Shown piece by piece: positions 62,636 through 64,000 of a stretch of 64,000 bases of DNA; the stretch's first letter is position 1, and every line of letters begins with the position of its first letter. The DNA is taken from NCBI GenBank assembly GCA_015067825.1, contig SVLQ01000001.1:12485-76484 (forward strand), given 5' to 3'. The translations under genes and the position numbers were made by a program. This stretch comes from Oscillospiraceae bacterium. GTDB taxonomy: Bacteria; Bacillota; Clostridia; Oscillospirales; QAMX01. The notes below the pieces were generated by a model. That model was not told where the DNA came from and made no database searches. It saw nothing but the letters and a program-made list of their open reading frames with translations.

Positions 62636-63943
62636 ATGCCAATGAAAACGACAATGGAATACTACGAGATATTCCCAAAGCTCCTGCCTGCTGACCGCGA
62701 AAGCACACTGACCATCTATCCGCGCGGCAAGCACGCGAAGTTTGAGCAAGGCAAGAAGTACGCAATCACCGTGCGTGCCCTGCTTGAATGCGAAGGCGAG
62801 CGCAAGCATCGCGCCCTCGACTACATTGTCCTTGAATCCGAACCCGATGAGAACGGCGGCTTTACCTTTACCCATTTCTTCAAAGGGGAACAGGAGCACT
62901 TTGTGCGTGTCTACGAGCTGCCGATCGTCGGTGAACGTCCGCCGATGCTGGTACAGCTGGCGGTCTATTCGCTCTATCCCGATCTCTACGGCTTAAAGCC
63001 CCTGCGCGGTGACTTGCACGTCCATACCTGCCGCTCCGATGGCGAGGAATCGCCGGAGATCGTCTGTGCCAACTACCGCCGTAGTGGGTTTGACTTCCTC
63101 GCGATCACCGATCACGAGCTCTATACGCCTTCGCAGGAAGCGATTGACGCGTACAAGGATCTGCCGATTGCACTGAAAATCTTCAACGGTGAAGAAGTGC
63201 ACTCGCCGGAAAACCACGTGCACATCATCAACTTCGGCGGCAAGGCCAGCGTCAACGAAATGTTCCAAAACGATCCGGACGCTTACTACAGAGAGGTGAA
63301 GGAGATCGAAGATTCGCTGCCTGATCTTGGTGAAGGTGTCGACCGATTCCACTATGCCTGCTGTAAGTGGTGCTACGATAAGATTCGTTCGGTCGGCGGC
63401 CTTGCGATCTTTGCCCATCCGTTTTGGCGTAACGACGTCTACAACGTTGCCGAGCCGCTGATCCGTGCGCAGTTCAAAAACCACATCTTCGACTGCTTTG
63501 AGCTGCTCAACGGCATGACTGCGCGTTCCAATAACCTGCAGGTCGCCTTCTACCAGCAGATGCGTGCAGAAGGCTATGATTATCCGATCGTCGGCAGCTC
63601 GGATGCCCATGGTACGGTCAATCATGACGACTTCATGTGGCTGCAGACGGTCGTTCTGGCAAAGTCCGATTCGTATGAAGATATCGTGGAAGCGATCATG
63701 GCCAAGCGCTCTGTGCCGCTGGAACAGTATCCGAACGAATATCAGCGCGCCTTTGGCGAGTACCGCTATGTAAAATACGTTCAGTTTTTGCTTGAGGACT
63801 ATTTTCCGCGTCACGATGAGCTTTGCTATGAAGAAGGTCGCCTGATGAAAGAAGCGCTCCTGGGCGACGAGGAAGCAAAAGAGATGCTGGCAGCGATCAA
63901 ACACCGTACGGCGGCCTACCTGGACCGCTGCTATAACGGGTAA
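62636..63943 (+). CDS. PHP domain metal-dependent phosphoesterase with ~120-aa N-terminal extra domain
   Basis: LRGDLHVHTCRSDGEESPE, AITDHE, GEEVHSPENHVH, FAHPFW, GSSDAHG. Confidence 0.65.
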   Translation: MPMKTTMEYYEIFPKLLPADRESTLTIYPRGKHAKFEQGKKYAITVRALLECEGERKHRALDYIVLESEPDENGGFTFTHFFKGEQEHFVRVYELPIVGERPPMLVQLAVYSLYPDLYGLKPLRGDLHVHTCRSDGEESPEIVCANYRRSGFDFLAITDHELYTPSQEAIDAYKDLPIALKIFNGEEVHSPENHVHIINFGGKASVNEMFQNDPDAYYREVKEIEDSLPDLGEGVDRFHYACCKWCYDKIRSVGGLAIFAHPFWRNDVYNVAEPLIRAQFKNHIFDCFELLNGMTARSNNLQVAFYQQMRAEGYDYPIVGSSDAHGTVNHDDFMWLQTVVLAKSDSYEDIVEAIMAKRSVPLEQYPNEYQRAFGEYRYVKYVQFLLEDYFPRHDELCYEEGRLMKEALLGDEEAKEMLAAIKHRTAAYLDRCYNG

Positions 63944-63993
63944 CCAATCCGCACGATTGCGGAACATGATAAAAAAATCAGGAGGAAATACCT

Positions 63994-64000
63994 ATGAAAC
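63994..64000 (+). CDS. 5' end of an unknown CDS running off the window
   Basis: ATG 63994 lies 7 nt after AGGAGG. Confidence 0.3.

Overview
This 64-kb chromosomal segment comes from a high-GC, spore-forming Clostridia-type Firmicute. That placement is an inference from gene content (spoIVA, spoIIID, yqfC/yqfD, ylbJ-like, cotF-like, SipL-like) and composition, possibly Oscillospiraceae/Ruminococcaceae-like. All calls rest on reading the ORF track, motifs recalled from known families, and hand-located RBS, promoter and hairpin signals; no searches were run.

The window is densely coding and mostly core. Left to right:
- A self-contained 4-gene GNAT/radical-SAM operon.
- An orphan GH95 fucosidase.
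- helD-mrnC, a SLOG/DUF1273 protein and a DHHW lipoprotein.
- PHP/HisJ, Lrp, an aminotransferase, DUF362 and ispE.
- A minus-strand block: yqfC-yqfD-phoH-ybeY-era-(yqzL-like)-recO-mutS2-DUF1538-PII-like-orphan SBP.
- ylbJ-like, ldhA, ddl, and a large metallophosphoesterase.
- SipL-like plus spoIVA.
- An 11-gene [FeFe]-hydrogenase supercluster: a sensory/regulatory module followed by the HydC-HATPase-Fdx-HydB-HydA structural operon.
- A lipoprotein and spoIIID.
- A complete F1Fo ATP synthase operon (atpZ-like, I, B, E, F, H, A, G, D, C).
- cotF-like genes, DUF4363/DUF421, yerC, a methyltransferase, hslO and yegP.
- A tRNA Val-Asp-Phe-Gly operon.
- hflK-hflC, two small membrane proteins and a PHP protein.

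I saw no rRNA, CRISPR array, transposase/integrase, phage genes or recognisable defence or toxin-antitoxin modules. This looks like an ordinary core region rather than an accessory island.

The items most worth a second look:
1. The hydrogenase sensory module (DRTGG, SpoIIAB-like HATPase, HydS-like protein, DRTGG, PHP) has no visible output domain. It also carries a translationally coupled ceramidase-like hydrolase.
2. The GNAT-ParB/Srx fusion, GNAT, radical SAM and GNAT operon.
3. The ATP synthase has a two-carboxylate Na+-type c-subunit signature and an a-subunit with a roughly 50-65 aa insertion between the Arg helix and the last helix.

Several very long antisense ORFs, including a 1396-aa one, are explained as codon-aligned shadow frames and rejected.
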